From positions 1-64,000 of the forward strand of contig CAVYVF010000001.1 of assembly GCA_963771885.1 (NCBI GenBank): 64,000 bases of DNA, written 5' to 3'. Under the pieces are notes generated by a model. That model was not told the DNA's origin. It searched no databases and was given only the letters and a program-made list of their open reading frames with translations. Made by a program: the position numbers and the translations under genes. The stretch comes from Candidatus Bathyarchaeota archaeon. Lineage in GTDB: Archaea > Thermoproteota > Bathyarchaeia > TCS64. Shown piece by piece: positions 63,225 to 64,000 of this stretch; the first letter of the stretch is position 1; each line of letters opens with the position of its first letter.

Positions 63225-64000
63225 ATGGCGCAATCCCACAATCCAAAAACAATCACGGTGCTAAACGCCCTCATCCTACTCTCCCTACTAACACTTCCAA
63301 CCCTAACCATCCTAACCATCGCCAACATCGCTGGAATAGCACAGACAATTAACCTCGAAGACACCAACCAAGCCTACACTGAGAACAAGGTCACCATGTC
63401 AGCCACCCTCACCCTCAACAACCCCGGACCATTCCAAGCAGAAACAAACATCGAGGCAACACTCAGAGATACACACGGAAACAAGTACCCGATAAACGGT
63501 CCACAGCTAATCCTCCCCCCGGGGCCGCACAGAGTCCCCGTAGAAGTAACCGTCGACCTAACCAACCTCCGGGAAGAACAGCTACAGAGCCTAGCACTCA
63601 ACCCAGAGAATTTCACCCTGACAGCCGTCGCCACGGTAGGCCTGCAGCCCATCGCATCCATAACCGCGGATACGACGGCGACCATTCACTGGATGCCACC
63701 CATGCACAACCTCACCATAAGCGAGCCGAGAATCACATCTATCACCCCCACCCAGATCACAATAGAGACACTGGTATCATTCGACAACCAGTCACCCACG
63801 CAGCTCAACGCTGACCTACGGGTCAAAATCACAGACTCAAACAGCCAACAGGCGGGCGGAGGGTTACTAGCCATCACAGCCGACCCCGGATCCCGATACT
63901 CGCAGCCCCTACAGCTAAACATAACACCGCCGACTAAAATAGACCCCTTAACAGACCACACTTACACCTATATGGTGACTCAGGAGCTCACACTAACCGA
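63225..64000 (+). CDS. Membrane-anchored beta-rich protein (LEA-2-like), truncated by the window end
   Basis: ATG 63225 MAQSHNPKTITVLNALILLSLL..., LTLNNPGPF, VSFDNQSP; no stop before 64000. Confidence 0.7.
   Translation, partial: MAQSHNPKTITVLNALILLSLLTLPTLTILTIANIAGIAQTINLEDTNQAYTENKVTMSATLTLNNPGPFQAETNIEATLRDTHGNKYPINGPQLILPPGPHRVPVEVTVDLTNLREEQLQSLALNPENFTLTAVATVGLQPIASITADTTATIHWMPPMHNLTISEPRITSITPTQITIETLVSFDNQSPTQLNADLRVKITDSNSQQAGGGLLAITADPGSRYSQPLQLNITPPTKIDPLTDHTYTYMVTQELTLT

Noticed and set aside
63374..63961. Minus-strand ORFs 63374..63685 and 63686..63961, and the many short ORFs antisense to called genes
   Set aside because: They are shadows of better-supported genes on the opposite strand, here the open + frame from 63225.

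Overview
Archaeal chromosomal segment, most likely TACK/Bathyarchaeia-like. This is inferred from Thaumarchaeota-type CdvB (ESCRT-III) paralogues, an archaeal type IV pilin with a class III signal peptide, CFI-box-CTERM and PGY-type C-terminal sorting signals, and many TTG/GTG starts. It is an accessory, gene-dense region of about 60 CDS, with no rRNA, tRNA, CRISPR array or transposase that I can support. More than a dozen otherwise intact genes carry single-base indels, often at homopolymers, which points to long-read consensus error rather than real pseudogenes. Main loci: (i) a type IV pilus operon (pilin, ATPase, two TadB/C-like proteins) with a single-domain arrestin-fold gene on one side and two small HTH genes plus two tandem ESCRT-III genes on the other, without cdvA or cdvC; (ii) a hybrid REC-PAS histidine kinase; (iii) tandem Mesh1-like HD hydrolases; (iv) class III ribonucleotide reductase nrdDG; (v) a solo Cas4/Exo5-like nuclease; (vi) a class II CPD photolyase; (vii) a peptide-catabolism cluster (two DUF6282-like amidohydrolases, M24 peptidase, leaderless family-5 binding protein, DmpA); (viii) several modular surface proteins. 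The strongest non-coding signal is short alternating (CG)n or purine-pyrimidine tracts in nearly every intergenic spacer. By eye, + strand composition often flips across them from G/T-rich on the left to C/A-rich on the right, whatever the gene orientation. All family assignments are motif recognition by eye; no database search was run.
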